Assembly: GCF_009914755.1 (NCBI RefSeq)
Contig: NC_060932.1
From: the human T2T-CHM13v2.0 reference genome, Homo sapiens
Length of the DNA: 64,000 bases
Direction: 5' to 3' (one strand)
The notes under the pieces are model-generated. The model had not been told where the DNA came from. It saw only the letters and a list, made by a program, of their open reading frames with translations, and did no database searches. This document shows, one piece after another, positions 45,271-60,944 of this stretch; within the stretch, counting starts at the first letter, position 1; the number at the start of each line of letters is the position of its first letter. Both the position numbers and the translations under genes were made by a program.

Positions 45271-46702
45271 ATTTGAACATCTTGGGGTCAATGAGCTGTC
45301 CATTCTTGGGCAATAGGCTCACAGATCTGTGAAGAGCCAGCATCACACCATTGGCAAATTCGGGCTTGTGGAATTCCTTGAGGAGATGCAGGCAGCATCA
45401 CTGAGCTGAGTTTTCTTTCCAAGATGTTTAACTAGTCAGGGCACCAGCACATGGAGGAAAATCACAGTGCCACAAGAACGCTTGCTTCAAAATACAGATC
45501 AAAGATTTTGGCTGCTCTCTAGGTGCTGAAAGCAGAAATAACCTTGGAACAGATTCCTAACAGGCATCTGAAACCAACTCCTGGGACTCCTTGCCTGGTG
45601 AATGGGTCCTTGTAGTGGTGCCATGGGCCTCTGAAAGACACAACCCCTCGCTGCTCCCCGACTACAACTCAGCGGAGGTCTTCTGGCCTCATCAGTGCCC
45701 AGACGGGTGTTCATGCATGGAAATGGATCTGGCATTTGTTCACCTATAATAGTTGTTTGAGGAGTTAATCCTAGCAAAAATAGGTCAGCATCTTTTCTCC
45801 TTTTCTTGGGATTAACTCCACAGCAACTCAACCAGGCAAAGCTGAAGCGTTTTATAGAACCAGATGCATAATTTCTGTCACACAGACTTCTTTGTTAAAG
45901 AGTACCCTGGCCCCAGGATGTGTTTGGAGAAAACTTTTCATATGGGTTTATTCTTCACAATGAATGAAATCTTTTCCTGACCTGCAGATAGGCTGCTTTT
46001 CTTGGTCTTCACTTCTCATCTCAAACACTTAATGGTAAAAACAAATGAGGTGACAATGCAGTCAGTCGAGGGAGCTTGTGAGGCCTCAAATAGACTAACC
46101 AGAGATGACCGGAGAGCTGTGCTTGCCATGCCACCAGCAAAGGCCAAGGGCCACACTGTGGCTTCCGTGGCAAAACCTCATTTCAGCAGCTCCTAACTTC
46201 AAAGGGCTCCACCAATAGGACCCTATCGGAGGTCCTAGAATCTCATCAGCAATATATTCAGCAATTATCTCCAAAAGCATTTCTTTTACTTGTCTAAATC
46301 CTTTGAATTATAGATGTACTGCTCCTTAGCTTCTTTCCCTTACATTTCCTTTCTCTCTACCAACAAAAAGCCATCAGCCCTGAGAAAGACTCTTCCATTT
46401 TCTGGAAGTGTGAGTGGGCACAGCAGGTCAAGACAAGGGCCAGTGAGGACATGGAAGCACTGTCCACCCACATGCCCAATGAGGAAGCACAGGATTGGCT
46501 GCAGATCTTGGAATATGGGTGCTTTTTCAAGACTGGGGAAAAATTGTCAACTATTCATAAACATAAGCAAAGGTCAAAATGAGTGTCACAGTAAATATTT
46601 GATTGGACTTGAGAAATCAACCTAATATTGTAAGTTCTAAGAAGAATAACTTCAAAGCAGAAGAGTCTTGTATTTGCACTTTTCAGATAAAATCTCTCTG
46701 TT

Positions 46703-46865
46703 GGCTGGGCTTAGTGATTTACACCTGTAATCCCAACACTTTGGGAGGCCTCGGTGGGAGAATCACTTGAGGCCAGAGATTTGAGACCAGCCTGAGGAAC
46801 ATAGTGAGACCTTGTCTTTATTTATAAAAAATAAATAAAAATAAAAATAAATAAATAAATAAAAA
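46703..46865 (+). mobile_element. FLAM / Alu left monomer
   Basis: Single 7SL-derived monomer followed by an A-rich tail. Confidence 0.88.
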
Positions 46866-48783
46866 TTTCAAAATCTTTTCCTTGCAGTGCTAAGGCATAA
46901 AGTTTTACAGAATTTAGAAACACATCAAGAACATTTCTGTCTATCACCAGTGGGTCTTTCAGGATAAGCTGTTCCCTTCTTTATGGACTCTTGACCTTCT
47001 CTGGACCTGCTGTAAATAATAAACATTTTCTCCATGGTAAAAATGGCCATTTCATTGCACTTTAATCAAGATACCCATTAACAAACTGTCACTTTGTACT
47101 TATCCAGGACTAGGTCATCTAAATGCATAAGAGTTATATAAAAGCATGAGACTTGGGGGCAGCAAAGGTGATAATAGGGGCTTATGGATTTCTATGAATT
47201 CTTCCTTTTTCAATAGTAGATCTGTCTCAAGATATGATTTTCCCATAGCGCTAAATAAGTTTCAAATGTTTGCTTATATCAAGACCAAACAAACAAGGGG
47301 CATTGAACTTTTTATAAAATTCAAGTTACATTGCAGTAAGAACACCAGTCAAGTTTAAGAAATATGACAATCGGGGAACTTGGATGCTGTTCTAATTAAT
47401 GCTATGTTTAACAGTAATGGCACAAATTGCAACAGGGTGCAAAATTAATGAGAAAATACCCAATTCTATTAACTTTCTAAGAATTTAGGTGGTCTTAAAT
47501 CCCTTAGGTTGGCTAACTAGTGATTAGAAACCATCTCAAGTTATTTCTGTGTTTGCACTCCATTATCACTTTTCCTGAATACTTAATAATGGCCAATCAT
47601 TAGGCAGTTCCCACACACTGTTTTATAGGCTGTAGGCAAAAGTCTTTGTTCCCATTGCTGCCTGCCAAATATGCTGTGCTGTGCTGTGCCTGCCGTTCTT
47701 GTTCCTGGCTGTATCTCAGGTAGGGTCTATAGACTTTCCCATCACTTTCAGACACTAACAGTATCAAGTAGTTCTATTCTATCTTTAAAAAAAAAATTAC
47801 AACTGCAATCTCTTTCATCTTCAGACTTCTCCCTTCCCCTAGCTCAGGCGTCCCTTAAAGGCCTGGAGTAGGGAAGGGAAGACGTGTCAATATCTTCACT
47901 GTTTGTCACTTTGGCTGTCCCTCCTGCCTTCTGCACTCAGACACCCTTGTCCTTGCCAACTGTCCTGCAAGCAGGATGACTCCAGGAGCTGCTCACCTGG
48001 AGACTTCTTCAGGCAAAAGGCACTCTCCATTCCCTGTGTCTCTAAAGCTCTGAGGACTCATGGGTATTCTCATACCTTTCTTCCTGGCTTTTGGCAGCAG
48101 CCCAGGACACATTCTTTGGAGACAGAGTTCCAGTACTCATTCTGGAGCACAGGACAAAGAGCCATTCAGCAACTCTTTACAAGGAAATCTTGTCTCTCCT
48201 TCACCTTCCAAGTAATCTCCTTGCCTCCTTTTCTATACCTAAGATCAATGATGGCTAAGGGCCCCAGACCATTGTGTATTTTGAGAGATGGTCACCCAAA
48301 GCATGTTCTGCATAGGGGGTCTGACCCTTCTCTTTATAATATGTGGTCACTTGATATTCTTTGCTGTCAATTTTTCAAAAGAGCAAAAATCCCACTTGAC
48401 CTCCCACTACATAAGGATTGCATATCCAACTAAACAAGGTACGCATGGCAAGGGATCTTGTCACATAGCTCTTTACGTTAGCCACAGTTTCTTCCTCAGT
48501 GCACTCTGAACAGTATACAGTGTGACCATCAGCCACGTCACAGATGTGATTTATGTAGGATAGATGAGAAGGAACCCCAGTGTCTTATCTATAATAATTT
48601 GGATATCTATGTTAAAATGTGGTTGGTTCTATAATGATGCTCTGCTTTTGACAAACTCTTTCAAAATAATTAACGAACTGCTATGCCTAATTGTATTTAA
48701 GAAGAGAGCTTCTACTAGAATTTGTATAAATGTTCACAGAAACACAAATATTTCCTCTCTCCCTCTCCCTCTGTCTCTTATGT

Positions 48784-48901
48784 GGAGATGAGAGTCTTGC
48801 TGTGTTGCCCAGGCTGGTCTTGAACTCCTGGCCACAAGCAATCTCCTTACCTTGACCTCCCAAAACACTGGGATGACAGGCATGAATCACTACTCCTGGC
48901 C
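48784..48901 (-). mobile_element. FLAM monomer
   Basis: gtcttgctgtgttgcccaggctggtcttgaactcctggcc...cctggcc. Confidence 0.88.
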
Positions 48902-50419
48902 CTAAACCTTTTCTCCTAAACGCTTTGGTAAACACTTTCTAAATCAACCTGCATTTCATCCTTTCCCTTCTTGGATGAACTCAGTAGTTGGTAATATACT
49001 GAAACCCTACTCGCTGTATCATCATTAGTCCTCACAATAATAGCTGCTGAAACTACCGTGTTCAAGGATGACTTATTACGACATAAATCTCCAGCAATTA
49101 GCACAGAACCCAAAATAAACAGGAATCCAGATATTATTTTTTGTTCAAGATAAGAGCAATAATGGTGATTGGTGTTGATAATGAAATCCCACTGAGTCTA
49201 GACATCTTCCAACTTGAGTAAAACCAATTTTATGAGCCTGTTTTCTCAAATATTATCTCTAAGTTGTCCTTCAAACATAGAATATACATTATACCCTTCT
49301 ATTCGTAACCTCTGTCCTCTACCCTTTGAATTCTCTTTTCAAGTCAGCTCTAAGAGTTAGGGATAGTCTATACATTTAGTTCTTTTCCCTTCTGCTGCCA
49401 AATGTCTGTACCTAATAAACAATAATACATGAGAAGAGAATACATCAGCTCCAAAAGTAGGAATGAGTATTATCTGCATGCCACAGACTTCAAGAATGTT
49501 ACATAAAAATAATGCTGAAGAGACTAGACTGAAAAAGCAATAGAAGAATGACAGACAAAAATCATTGTTGAGAATATAATCCTACTCAGAAGTCGACGGG
49601 AGACCTTGTTACATGCCCAACATGATCCACGAGAACTAAGAGTGACAGTCGCCCAAGGGCCCATCAGAAGGACACAATTCGAACTCTGTCTTGTCCCAAG
49701 AACTAGCAACAAAAAGTCCTAACTGTGTATTCAAAATGCCCATTGGCATTTCCTAGTAATGTGATTACAGTAATTAGAGGAGCACCAGGGTATATCTGGG
49801 CAGAGCCCACAACAAATAGAAAAATAATTTTTGGAGGTGTAGAAAGAGAGGCTTCTCTAACCCCATTCCCAAATTGTATCAACTTGTAGCTCCAGCTTTT
49901 TCAACTTTCTTCTAGGAATTGTAAATAGAACACCCAACTTATAAGAGAAACCAGCTCAGAAACTAGGCTAAATATTAATATTGAGCCATTTTACATTTTT
50001 CTTTGTAATTATGAATTCAAAAATTATATGATGTCCCACATAAAACTCCTAAGTTTAAAGGGAGGAATTGGCTTTGTAGACTCATATTAGCTAACTCTTT
50101 CTGAAATATCAATTTGTGTTCTCAACAAAATTTAAAAGAACATTCCGCTTATGACACTAGAAATAAGCAGCAGTGAAAAAGAGAAGATGTGGGCCAGCTG
50201 ACTCATTTCTGTGAAATTTGGAATGCCATCAGGGACAGTACTGCATCTGCAGTGGCATTGTAAGTTGCCATGCCCACTTCCTCCTTTATCACTCAACCCA
50301 CACCCAACCGTAGCTCCATAGGTGGGTCCTGACAGGTCTAATCAGCACAGTGCCCTCAATGGAAAGAACCAGGGGGTAGAGAAAGGCACTGATAGCTTCT
50401 GCACATGAAAGTATACAGA

Positions 50420-50420
50420 T

Positions 50421-50452
<32 letters not shown>

Positions 50453-50472
50453 ACACGCATGCATGCATGCAC
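50420..50472. repeat. (CA)n microsatellite followed by (GCAT)n
   Basis: Direct reading. Confidence 0.95.
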
Positions 50473-50502
50473 GCTTATTTTGCACCAAAATCTTAATGGT
50501 GA

Positions 50503-50884
50503 TTTTTTTTCTTCAATTTTTATTTTAAGTTCCAGGGTACATGTTCAGGATGTTCAGGTTTGTTACATAGGTAAAGATGTACCATGGTGGTTTGCTGCAC
50601 AGACCAACCCATTACCTAGGCATTAAGCCCAGCATCCATTAGCTATTCTTTGTAATGTTCTCCCTACTCCCATCTTCCCACAGGCCCCAATATGTGTTGT
50701 TCCCCAGATGTGTCCATTTGTTCTCATGGTTCATCTCCCACTTATAATTGAAAACATGCAGTGTTTGGTTTTTTGTTCCTGAGTTAGTTTGCTGAGGATA
50801 ATGGCTTCAAGCTCCATCCATGTCCCTGCAAAGGACATGATCTTCTTACTTTTTATAGCTGTGTGGTATTCCATGGTGTATATC
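50503..50884 (-). mobile_element. 5'-truncated L1PA11-13-type 3' end
   Basis: ggtttgttacataggtaaa...ttaagcccagcatccattagctatt; TSD taatggtRatt at 50494-50504 and 50885-50895. Confidence 0.92.
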
Positions 50885-52640
50885 TAATGGTAATTATTTA
50901 AATTAGCGATAATTTAAAAAATTGTTTCTGCTTCTATATTTTATATTTTTCTAAATGAGTTTCCTAGATGAATATATACATCATCCTGACCCATTCAGTC
51001 TGAAACAACAAAACAAGTTGTCAAATTGAATGGGTCAGGATGGCGTATATATTCTTGTTTTGAGTCAGAGATATTGAGAAACTACTGGGTGACTAGAAAG
51101 CAGATTAATTTGTGTGGCCTGGATTCTAGCACTGGAGATATCAGTCTTCAGCCGAAAGCAAGTCTGGTGGAAATAGACCTGTCCAATAGTAAGAAAAGGT
51201 ATGATGTGCAATAGTGAAAAAAGGTGTGATGTGCACTAATAGAAAGAATCTGGGAAAATTTATTTTTATTTTTTAAAGCTTATTTATTTTATTTTGTTTT
51301 TCAACCAACTTCCTGAAAAGTAACCTAGAAAATTATATCAATCATTAACATTAAAAAGCAACAAGCACACACACGAACACACACACAAAGTTCTCTTTTG
51401 CAAAGGAGACAGAAACCTTAGCATTCTAACAGAATCCTGTATGCCCAGGGCTGAGTAACCCCAGTGAGCATCTAACTGAAGACTTCTCAACCAGAAGGCA
51501 CCCCTGCAACCCCTCCACATTTGTGTATCTTGTAATGAAGCTGCCAATGCTTCCAAATACGTATGTTGAAAAACAGTCACGGAAAAGTGAATAACATTTC
51601 CATTGCCTGTATTGAGCCATTTTTACCGCATATGTTCTCTGATATCATAAGCTTCTCAAAATTGTGATAATATATTCAACTCTTTTAGTCTTTGAAATGC
51701 TTAGAACACTTTTCTTCTTTTTTCCCTTTTCTTTCCTTTTTTATTTTCTTCTTTCTTTCATTTTTGGAGCACTCATTTAAGCCTTGTACATATATCATCT
51801 GCATCATCTCAATATAAATAAATTCTCGTATTGTAAGATTGCAAAAACATAGAATACATCATCTGAGGATGTAGTTCTAGCCCAGCTTAAACACCAAAAT
51901 GCTTAGGTCAAAAGTTCATGCTTTTATACATTCATCTCACTCACCCTCTGGTTTTTCTGTGACTCACTTCTTGCTTTTACTTTTGGTGAATGTCCCTTAA
52001 AAACAGAAAAAGAATCTGTGGCCATTTTCCAATATGATGAATGTTCATAGCTCAAAAATTGACAAGTATCATATATTTCTACAATCCAATCTTACTTTTC
52101 TATACTTCCTAACTATCAATGAAAAGGGAAGATATGCAGTGCAACCTGTGGACCAAGGTTACTTTCTTGCTGTTACGTATGTTTTATATTGTCTTTGTTA
52201 TACTGGGGGAAGCAGGAAAGTTAGGAAATCAGTTCAGCACCTAATCAATCCAAAGCAAAGCAATCTACATACACATCAGTGTGATTTTTCTGAAATTTCC
52301 AGGTGTAGTTAATTTCATATCTACTTTTACCAAATATCAAGATAATATTGCAGAAAGATTTCCATAGTTCCAATTTCCAGCTCCTGGACAACCATGAGAT
52401 TTGCAATGCCAGATATAAATAATTTACCACCTCACTACTCACCCCTATAAATTTTATTTTCAATAATTTTACCAAACATTTTGGCTATAATCAAGTACCT
52501 ATCTTCCTAAGTCTTTAGTTTTACATCATAGAAATATTTCAATCAATGAATAAGCCATTTCTCAGAATGCATTTTTCTGTAATTTATATAAATGTGTAGT
52601 TTTTTCTTCAATTTGTAATTGTAAACGTCTATAAAAAGAG

Positions 52641-52994
52641 TGATATGGTTTGACTGTGTCCCCACCAAATCTCAACTTGAATTTTATCTCCCAGAATTCC
52701 CACGTGTTGTGGGAGGGACCCTGCGGGAGGTAACTGAATCATAGGGACTGGTCTTTCCCGTGCTATTCTCGTGATTGTGAATAAGTCTCATAAGATCCGA
52801 TGGGTTTATCAGGGGTTTCTGCTTTTGTTTCTTCCTCATTTTCCCTTGCCACCACCATGTTAAGAAGTGCTTTTCTCCTCCTGCCATGATTCTGAGGCCT
52901 CCCCAGCCATGTGGAACTCTAAGTCCAATTAAGCCTCTTTTTCTTCCCAGTCTCTGGTAGGTCTTTATCAGCAGCGTGAAAACGGACTAATACA
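52641..52994 (+). mobile_element. THE1A solo LTR
   Basis: TGATATGG...ACTAATACA, 354 bp; gggtttatcaggggtttctgcttttg and aagtccaattaa diagnostics. Confidence 0.93.
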
Positions 52995-53394
52995 AAGGAT
53001 TAATATCATAGGTCTCTTCACATATGCCCTTCAGTGATAAGCAACAAATCATTTGAATAATGATTAATGCTTATCAAATGTTTGAATAATTTGATAAGCA
53101 ATAAATTGAAAAATGTGTGAATTTTTATTACATTAGATGGTTTGATTCTTAGAAAAGGGCTAGAGAAGTCAGAAGTTTGACGTCATTAGAAAAGAATTGT
53201 TAGCATCAAATATAATAATACCATTTTAAGTATATAAATTGCATTTATAAATATGCACTATTAAGTATAAATTAGCATGAATTTTTTTTGTTGCTGGCAT
53301 TCCAACAAAATTCTAAAAAGAAGTGTATCACTGTGTATATAATTTACCGCCCTTTAAGATAGAAATACAATAATAATGAATTAAATATTAATTA

Positions 53395-53524
53395 GGCTAG
53401 GTGCAGTGGCTCACACCTGTAATCTCAACACTTTGGGAGACTGAGGTGGGACGATCACTTGAATCCAGGAGTTCAAGAACAGCCTGGGCAACATAGTGAC
53501 ACCTTGTCTTTACAAAAAAAAAAA
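53395..53524 (+). mobile_element. FLAM_C monomer
   Basis: Single monomer with A tail; approximate TSD attaatta. Confidence 0.88.
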
Positions 53525-55239
53525 GAAATTAATTAAGAAAAAGAAATAATAAGAAGTAAAATAATGAGAAAGAGAGCAATAACACTGTTATATTTGAAAC
53601 TACTATCTAAAACATACATAAAATATTGTTTATTTTATAAACCAAATAAATAATTCATGGCATTAGGATACAAAATTTTCAGCCTAAGACCAAATAAATG
53701 CACACATAGAATCAAAGAGGTTACATGGGAAGTCCAAAGCCTTAAATCTGAATTGAAAATGCCATGTGAAAATGATTTATTTTTCTCTTAAAAATATATC
53801 TATTTTTGCTTCACATACTCAATAGCTTAGCAGTGACCAATTCTCTAACAATGACAATTATAGCCCAAATTTTTGACTCTAAGAATCATTTTCCATGAAA
53901 AGAATCTAGTGCTAATTAGAGAAATGGCTTATTCTATTTTTGCAGCAAAAAGTGTGGCAAAGGATGTTGGAACATCTTGTGATATCAAAATGCAAGAAAG
54001 CTTTCAACAATTACTGGGTCGAGGTCAACATAACAACAGAAGCAAAATTGATAGGCTCCTACTGGCCAAAGATAAGACAATATGGGCATCCAAAATAATT
54101 CCTGGAAATATACAACTGACCAAAATTAAATCAGGAAGAAATAGAAAACCTGAACAGATCAATAGAAAGCAGTAATTAAAAATAAGTCTCCCAACAGAGA
54201 AAAGCCCAGGACCAGATGGACTCACAGCCAAATTCTACAAAGTAGACAAAGAAGAACTAATACCAATCCTCCTGAAACTATTCTTAAAAATCAATGAGGA
54301 GGGATTTCATAGAATGAGTTACATTCTATGAGGCAAGCATCACCCTGATTCCAAAACCAGACAAAGACACACAAGAAAGGAAAACTACTGGTCAATATTT
54401 CTGATAAAAATAGATATAAACATCCTCAGCAAAATACTAGTGAACTGAATTTAACAGCACATCAAAAAGATAATACACCATGATCAAGTGGGATTTACAG
54501 GAAGGATGCAAGAAATGTTCAACATATGCAAATAAATAAATATAATACATCACATCAACAGAATGAAGGACAAAAACCATATCATCATCTCAACAGATGG
54601 AGAAAAAGCATTTGATAAAATTCAACATTCCTTTATGATAAAAACTCTCAACAAACTAGGCATAGAAGAAACATACTTCAAAATAATAAAGGCCATGTAC
54701 AAAAACCCACAACTAACATCATACTGAACGGGGAAAAGCTGAAAGTCTTTCCTCTAATAACTGGAAGAAGAGAAGGATGCCCACTTTCAACATTCTAATT
54801 CAACCTAGTACTGGAAGTCTTATCCACAGCAATTAGGCAACAGAAAGAAATGAAAGGCATCCAAATTGGAAAAGAGAAATTCAAATTGTTCCTTTTTGTT
54901 TATGATATGATCTCATACCTAGAAGAACTTAAAGACTCCACCAAAACACTCTTAGATTTGATAAGTGAATATGGTAAAGTTACGGGAAACAAAATCAATG
55001 TTTGAAAATCAGTAGTATTTCTATATACCAACAATGATGTAGCTAAGAAATAAATTAAGAAAGCTATCCCATTTACAATAGCTACAAAACAGAATACCAA
55101 GGAAAAAATTTAACCAAGGAGCTGAAAGATCTTTCCAAGAAAAAGTACAAAGCATTGATGAAAGAAATTGAAGAGGACACAAGTAAATGGAAAGACATCC
55201 CATGCTCACGTATCAGAAGAATCAATATAATTCAAATTA

Positions 55240-55365
55240 ATTTCTTAATGGTTACAATGTACATTGTCTGTGTGATGGTTATACTAAAAGCCCAGATTTC
55301 ACCACTATTCAATATAATCATGTAACAAAACCTCAGTTGCACACCATAAATTTATACGAAAAAAA
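55240..55365 (+). mobile_element. Very short L1MA2/3-type 3' end inserted in L1MA4 ORF2
   Basis: cttaatggttacaatgtacatt...gtgatggttatactaaaagcccagatttcaccact...A tail, splitting the host gaatcaatat...|...ccaaagcaatctacag. Confidence 0.85.
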
Positions 55366-56285
55366 GCATGCTGTCCAAAGCAATCTACAGATGCAATGCA
55401 ATTCCTATAAAAACACCAATGTCATTTTTGACAGAATTAAGAAAAACAATTCTAAAATGCATGTGGAACAACATAGCATTTGTTGTTTAGGATAGCCAAA
55501 GCAATCCTAAACAAAAGGAACAAAGATGGAGGCATCTGACCTGACTTCAAAATATACTACCAGGTTATGGTAACCAAAACCATATGGTATTGGCATAAAA
55601 ATAGACACATAGGCCAATGGAACAGAATAGATAACCCAGAAATAAATCCACTTACTTACAGACAACTGATTTTTGACAAATACAGCAAAAAATTATATTG
55701 GGGAAAGATCACCATTTATAGTAAATGATGCTGGGAATACTGAATATCCACATGCAGAAGAATAAAACTGGATCCCTCTCTCTCACTATATACAAAAATG
55801 AACTCAAGATGGATTAAAGACATAAACATAACACCCAAGATGATAAAGCTACTAGAAGAAAACATATGAGAAATACTTCAGGATTTTGGTCTGGGCAAAA
55901 AACCTATGAGTAAGACTTTAAAAGCACAGGCAACAAAAACAAACAAGACAATTCAACTAAAAAGCTTTGCACAGCAAAATAATCATCAAAGTGAAGAGAC
56001 AACCTGTTGAATGGGAGAAAATATTTGTAAACTATTCATCCAACAGGGCACTGATATCCAGAATATTCACGAAATTCAAACAACTCCACAGTAAATATGC
56101 AAATAATCCCATTAAAAAGTAGGTAAAGGACATGAACAAACATTTCTGAAAAAACATACAAAGAGCCAACAGATTTATGAAGAAATGCTCAACATCACTA
56201 ACCATCAGGAAGTGCAAATCAAAGCCACAGTGAAATATCATCTTACTCCAGTCAGAATGGCTGCTATTAAGAAGACAAAAAAATA

Positions 56286-56665
<380 letters not shown>

Positions 56666-58037
56666 TTAGTACAGTCACTATGAAAAACAGTCTGGAGATT
56701 CATAAAATACTAAAAATAGAATTACCATTCAATTCAGCAATCCCACTGCTGGGATACCTGCACTCACAAGTTTATCTCAACATGATTCACAATAGCAATT
56801 TTATGGAATCAACCCTAGTGTCTATTGACGGAAAAATGGATAAAGAAAATGAGGTATACTTATATACAATGGAGGACTATTTGGCCATAAAAAAGAATGA
56901 AACACTGTCATTTGTAGCAACACGGATGGAACTGAAGGTCATTGTGTTAAGTGAAAATAAGCCAGGCACAAAAAAGGCAAATATCACATGTCCTCCCTTA
57001 GATGTGGGACCTAAAGAATTTGATTACACAGAGGTAGAGAGTGGAAATACAGATAACAGAGACTTGGAAGGGTGTGTGATGGGGAGGGAGAAAGATGAAG
57101 AGAAGTGGGTTATAGGGTACAAACATACGATAAGATAGAAGAAATAAATACAATGTTTGATAGTAGAGCAGGGTGACTACACTTAACAAAAGTGTATTGT
57201 GCTGGACAATAGTTAATGGACACCCTAAATATTCTTATTTGATTACTTGGCACTATAGACATTTAACAAAATTTCACAAAGATCCCATTAATTTTTAAAT
57301 TTATAAAATAATAAAATAAAGGACAATAAATCAATAATAAATAATGTAATACATTTAAAACATTAAGTTAAATATATTTTTAAAATATGGATTTTCAATG
57401 ATGGGGCAAAACTTATTGGTTAGCTTTGGAGACTGCTAGGCTAAGTCTTTATTCTAAAACTGGTAAGTAAAGGAAAACAATCAATAATACATCCTACCTT
57501 TCTTATGCAAACTATATTTCAGGATAATCAAACAGATGATGAGAAAAAAAATTATAGAAAAATAACAGCTAATAAAAGCAATAAGGTTAATCTAATTAGT
57601 CTACTACAATTTTAACAAAATAATAAAATAATGGGCTGGGACAATAATAATCAATGGCTGCTAACACCATTGGTTGAAAAGATAATGGGAAACTTCATAG
57701 ATGGATGGCTAAGCCAACAATATCTAAACTTACTAATGAATATTCTCATGACAAAAAGAAATAACCCAGCATTGTGTTCCTCCTGATGTACTGCAATTAA
57801 ATACACAGCATCACCTAATAAGTATTATTGCCAAAAAATTAAGCCTGATTCAGCCTCTGAATCCAACAATATGCAAAATGCAAAGGACAAAGGAACATGT
57901 TAATGACGTTGGGAGGATGCAATCAACCAAAGACAAATAGTGAGCAATTTCATATGGCAAAATACCTTTAATCGTCAGCAGAAACAGCAGCGGACAAAGA
58001 GAGGGAGGGACTGGTATAGACCTAAAAAACTGGTTAA

Positions 58038-58402
<365 letters not shown>

Positions 58403-58537
58403 TATAGAAAGACTTTTTATGAGATAACTGAGTAAATTTGAAAACTGACCATATAATAAATTATATTTAACAATGACTGTCATTTTTAGGTATGATAATG
58501 GTATTGCCATGGTTTAAAAAATCTTATCTCTTAGCAA

Positions 58538-58600
58538 TATATATGTGTGTATATGTACATACACGCACACACACACACACATATATACATATATATATAT
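58538..58600. repeat. Compound (TA)/(CA) microsatellite
   Basis: Direct reading. Confidence 0.9.
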
Positions 58601-59414
58601 AAAAAATAGTATTTGTGGATGAAACTATGTAATTTCTGGAAATTGCCTTAAATTATTAAATTTTTTAAGTATGGTAATGGTTTTCTGGTAATGTTAAAAA
58701 AATCCTTTTCTCTTAGAGGTACATGCTTAAATATTTACTAAACAAACTATACGATAATAGAATTTGCTTTAAAACAATGTTTCAAGAATGTGGAGGGAAA
58801 GTGTTGGCAGCAGAGAATATAGATGAAAGAATAGTTACATGTTGATTATTGTTGAAGCTGATGTTCGATTGATTATACTATTAACTCTACTTATGTATAT
58901 GCTTAAATTCTTATAAGAAAAAATGTAAAATATTAAATAATGTAAAATAGAATGAAGACAAAATCTCCAAGTCATATTTAATTTTCCTTTAAGAATGCAA
59001 ATTAATTAAAATTCTTATTTGAATGAAAACATGATTTGAAGTCTAGAGCCTGTTCTAAATTTATATTCTTCCCTTTTTTAGACAACTAAATATATTTTTA
59101 TTCTTTGGATTCAGTACCATTCATATATATCCTCCTTTTGCTGTATTTATAAAAGATTTCAAATTTTCCTGTGCCTGGCTCATCACTGATTTTTCTTTCT
59201 CCAAATAGACACTCATAATTTGACCTAGAACATAAATTATTCTTGGATATCCATCTCCTAGCACAGTTTTTGACATATTTTAGGTAATAAAAAATATCTG
59301 AGGAATGGATGAGGAATGAAAAAAAGCTAACAAATGCTTGTACCTATTTCAAGAGAAAGAGAAGAAAACATTTAAAGGAGAAAAAATCAAATTCAGCTTC
59401 TATTTTAAAATATG

Positions 59415-59757
<343 letters not shown>

Positions 59758-60468
59758 TTAAAATTTCTTCAAATTCTGTCCATATATAATGGCAAAAGAA
59801 CACTGAGTATTAGGAATAAAATCAGATGCGATATTAATGAGAACTGTTTATTTTACCATCTTGCATAACAGTAAATGGAAATGCCTTCATGTCTAAATGA
59901 TAACATACAGAGAGAAAATAAGGCAATATCCAGGGTCTCTTTAAAGATAAAACCCTTTTGAAATTCCAATTTTATAGAACCAGTGCATTCCCAAGGCAAA
60001 GTAAAATTGCTCTTTAGCTGAAGCAGGGATTAAAGCTGAACACTCTATTGGAATGGTTTAGTTCTGCCCAGTGAATGGGATGTACTGTCCCTGAGGCAAT
60101 ATAATTCAGTCTGTTCTCTCTTCAATGTGAACGCCAGCTAGCCAGGAGCTTATTCCCTGAAGCACATTTTAGAATACTGTGCCATACAACTTAATATATA
60201 AAGCTACTTGTCAGGCATTTCCAAAAATCAGGGTTGCCCGGAAAGGAGTCTCAGAGCCGGAACAGCCTTGGGAAAGGGTCACATCTGCCTTTAGCTCCCC
60301 CGTTTCCACCCTGCTAAGTACCCCATGGTCATCCTACCCAGCCTGGCTTTGTCCTTCCCAGGCCCCAGCCTCTCAGACCATAGATACTCCATCCCCATCC
60401 TCATCAAAAATGAACTTGCTTAAATCCCTAGGGCTTTATGCTCTGATTGGGTGGCTATATGTGTTTGT

Positions 60469-60471
<3 letters not shown>

Positions 60472-60518
<47 letters not shown>
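60472..60518. repeat. Perfect (TG)~23 microsatellite
   Basis: Direct reading. Confidence 0.97.
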
Positions 60519-60520
<2 letters not shown>

Positions 60521-60913
60521 CTGTGTGTGTATAGATATGAGTATGCTCCTCTTATATAGAGACAGATTTGCATTTTATCAAAATCTTTCTAAAAATAATG
60601 CATTAAACTATGGGCATTCTAAATTTTTTTCTTTAATCAGCATCATTTTTTCTAAATAAAGAACCCCCAATATATAAAACGAAAGCAGAATTTCTATGAT
60701 TAAAGTAAGATGGGGTGTTTGGAACCCATGACTTGAACTTCTCACCTCCCCTAGGCAACCCGTGAGTCTGGCACAGTACCGTGAAGCTTCAAGTCATGCA
60801 ATTTTAATGCATCCCCTTAATTCAAACAAGCAATGCTGGCTAGCCAAACTAACAAGAGCAGTGTTTCATAGCAGAAAATCTTTGTGTCCTTCCAGCTAGA
60901 TCCCATGGTTATC

Positions 60914-60917
<4 letters not shown>

Positions 60918-60944
<27 letters not shown>
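60918..60944. repeat. T27 homopolymer
   Basis: Direct reading. Confidence 0.97.

Noticed and set aside
47903-48433. Longest ORF (176 aa)
   Set aside because: Starts at TTG, has no recognisable domain, and its composition is typical of random non-coding DNA.
56680-57138. 152-aa ORF
   Set aside because: L1 ORF2 C-terminus reading into the 3'UTR of a dead L1MA4.
60179-60559. 126-aa ORF with a VC repeat
   Set aside because: Extended by the (TG)n microsatellite.
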